A stretch of 64,000 nucleotides of DNA from an uncultured archaeon (GTDB taxonomy: Archaea; Iainarchaeota; Iainarchaeia; Iainarchaeales; GCA-2688035): the NCBI GenBank assembly GCA_964640195.1, contig CAZXIC010000001.1, positions 83,363 through 147,362 of the forward strand. The letters run 5' to 3'. Below are positions 62,847-64,000 of the stretch, one piece after another. The notes beneath the pieces were generated by a model. It was not told where the DNA came from. It worked only from the letters and a program-made list of their open reading frames with translations, and made no database searches. The first letter of the stretch is position 1. Every line of letters starts with the position of its first letter. A program made the translations under genes and the position numbers.

Positions 62847-63624
62847 TCCGCTTTACTGCAGCGTTTATTGCGGCAGACAGGGCCTCTCCAACAGCTCTTT
62901 GCTTCAGCTTCTGCAGCCCCGCTTCCGTTGTCCCGCCAGGCGAGGAAACAGACTTGATGAGTTGCCCTGCATCTGTTTTATCTGACTGCAGCATCTTCGC
63001 TGTCCCGAGCATTGTCTGGGCAGCAAGCTCTGCAGAAGCCTGTCTGCCCAAGCCGTTTTTCTCTGCTGCTTCCGCAAGCGACTTGGCAAAGAACGCGAAG
63101 AACGCCGGACCGCTGCCTGACAAGGCTGTTACAGCGTCAAGCTGCCCTTCTTTCACTTCGCCAATGATGCCTGCAGAGGAAAAAATCCTTGCAACAAGTT
63201 CTTTGTCAAGCTCTGTCACTTTTTTTCCGACTGCAAAAGCGCCTGCCATCTGCTGCACCATGCAGGCAATGTTCGGCATTACCCTCACAACCCTCGCTGT
63301 TGGCACTGCTTTCTCATAGAAGGAAATCTTCAGGCCTGCTGCGATTGAGATAACCAGCTTGTTTTTCAACTGTTCACTGGTTTCCTGCAGCAGCTGCTGC
63401 ATGTCCTGCGGCTTTACAGCCAGGAGAACGGCTTCAGCCTGGGCTGCCGCTTCTGCTGGACTTTGCGCAATCCGCACACTGAAATTTTCACTGACAAGGG
63501 CAAGCCTTTCAGCGCTTTTGTCAGCTACAACCAGTTCGCTTTCCTTGAATTTCTTGCTCTGCAGCATTGCGTAGAGCAGGGCGTATCCCATTTTTCCCGC
63601 GCCAACCACGGCAATCATCTCCAA
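62821..63624 (-). CDS. proC: Pyrroline-5-carboxylate reductase
   Basis: GAGKMG, AVKPQ, RVMPN, TALSGSGPA, SSPGGTT. Confidence 0.97.
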   Translation of the reverse strand: MEMIAVVGAGKMGYALLYAMLQSKKFKESELVVADKSAERLALVSENFSVRIAQSPAEAAAQAEAVLLAVKPQDMQQLLQETSEQLKNKLVISIAAGLKISFYEKAVPTARVVRVMPNIACMVQQMAGAFAVGKKVTELDKELVARIFSSAGIIGEVKEGQLDAVTALSGSGPAFFAFFAKSLAEAAEKNGLGRQASAELAAQTMLGTAKMLQSDKTDAGQLIKSVSSPGGTTEAGLQKLKQRAVGEALSAAINAAVKRSRQLSKGG

Positions 63625-63640
63625 ACACCTCGTTCAAGAT

Positions 63641-63997
63641 TCATTGCCTGTGCCTCCTCTTGCTCTCCCTCAGGAAGTCGGCCATTCTCGCAAGCAAGTC
63701 CTTGTTCCACTGCTTCTTCATCCTGTAGTCGTGCAATCCGCGTATTGGCGGCCTTTCCCTCTCAACTATTTCTTTCTCGTTCAGGAAGTATTGGCGCTGC
63801 TCGCCTTCCTTTGCCGGCTCCTTTATCTCAGGAAACCTGTAAACAGTGCAAAAATTCTGCAAAAACTGCTGCCTCTCCGATTTCCCAAGCCTTGCTGCAA
63901 TCACCTGCATTATCCCAAAAGCCATTCTGCCCAGGGCAACTGTTTCCTGGTTCCTGTGCACTCTTTCATCCAGGTCAACCTGCGCCATCACGTTCAA
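63641..63997 (-). CDS. Hypothetical protein with basic C-terminus (start may lie outside window)
   Basis: Open frame to the window edge, ends ESKRRHRQ. Confidence 0.55.
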   Translation of the reverse strand: MNVMAQVDLDERVHRNQETVALGRMAFGIMQVIAARLGKSERQQFLQNFCTVYRFPEIKEPAKEGEQRQYFLNEKEIVERERPPIRGLHDYRMKKQWNKDLLARMADFLRESKRRHRQ

Positions 63998-64000
63998 GCC

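Overview
Archaeal chromosomal window. Alba, thermosome, Sec61-beta, deoxyhypusine synthase, archaeal-type ProRS, C/D box sRNAs and GGAGGTGA ribosome-binding sites support this. Gene style suggests a DPANN lineage, possibly Ca. Iainarchaeota/Diapherotrites (inference). Housekeeping genes (albA, sec61beta, dys, ileS, a tRNA-Ile with the rare UAU anticodon, ssb, thermosome, DRG GTPase, trmJ, proS, proCAB) alternate with accessory blocks. These are: a surface fibre/adhesin operon with D-x-N-rich proteins (2.5-11.6 kb); a mosaic island (22-33.7 kb) with two duplicated, order-swapped modules, TA pairs, lipoproteins and a frameshifted ABC ATPase; a small cassette array (36.6-38.4 kb); and a sucrose-phosphate synthase-ROK fusion plus phosphatase (41-44 kb). 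The most striking unannotated signal is that the 3' end of a C/D box sRNA (38343-38407) is repeated at the borders of two neighbouring gene cassettes. A second C/D sRNA and the tRNA-Ile show similar end duplications, which suggests small-RNA genes act as cassette-integration sites. No integrase, transposase or CRISPR array was found. Family assignments come from motif recognition by eye, not database searches.
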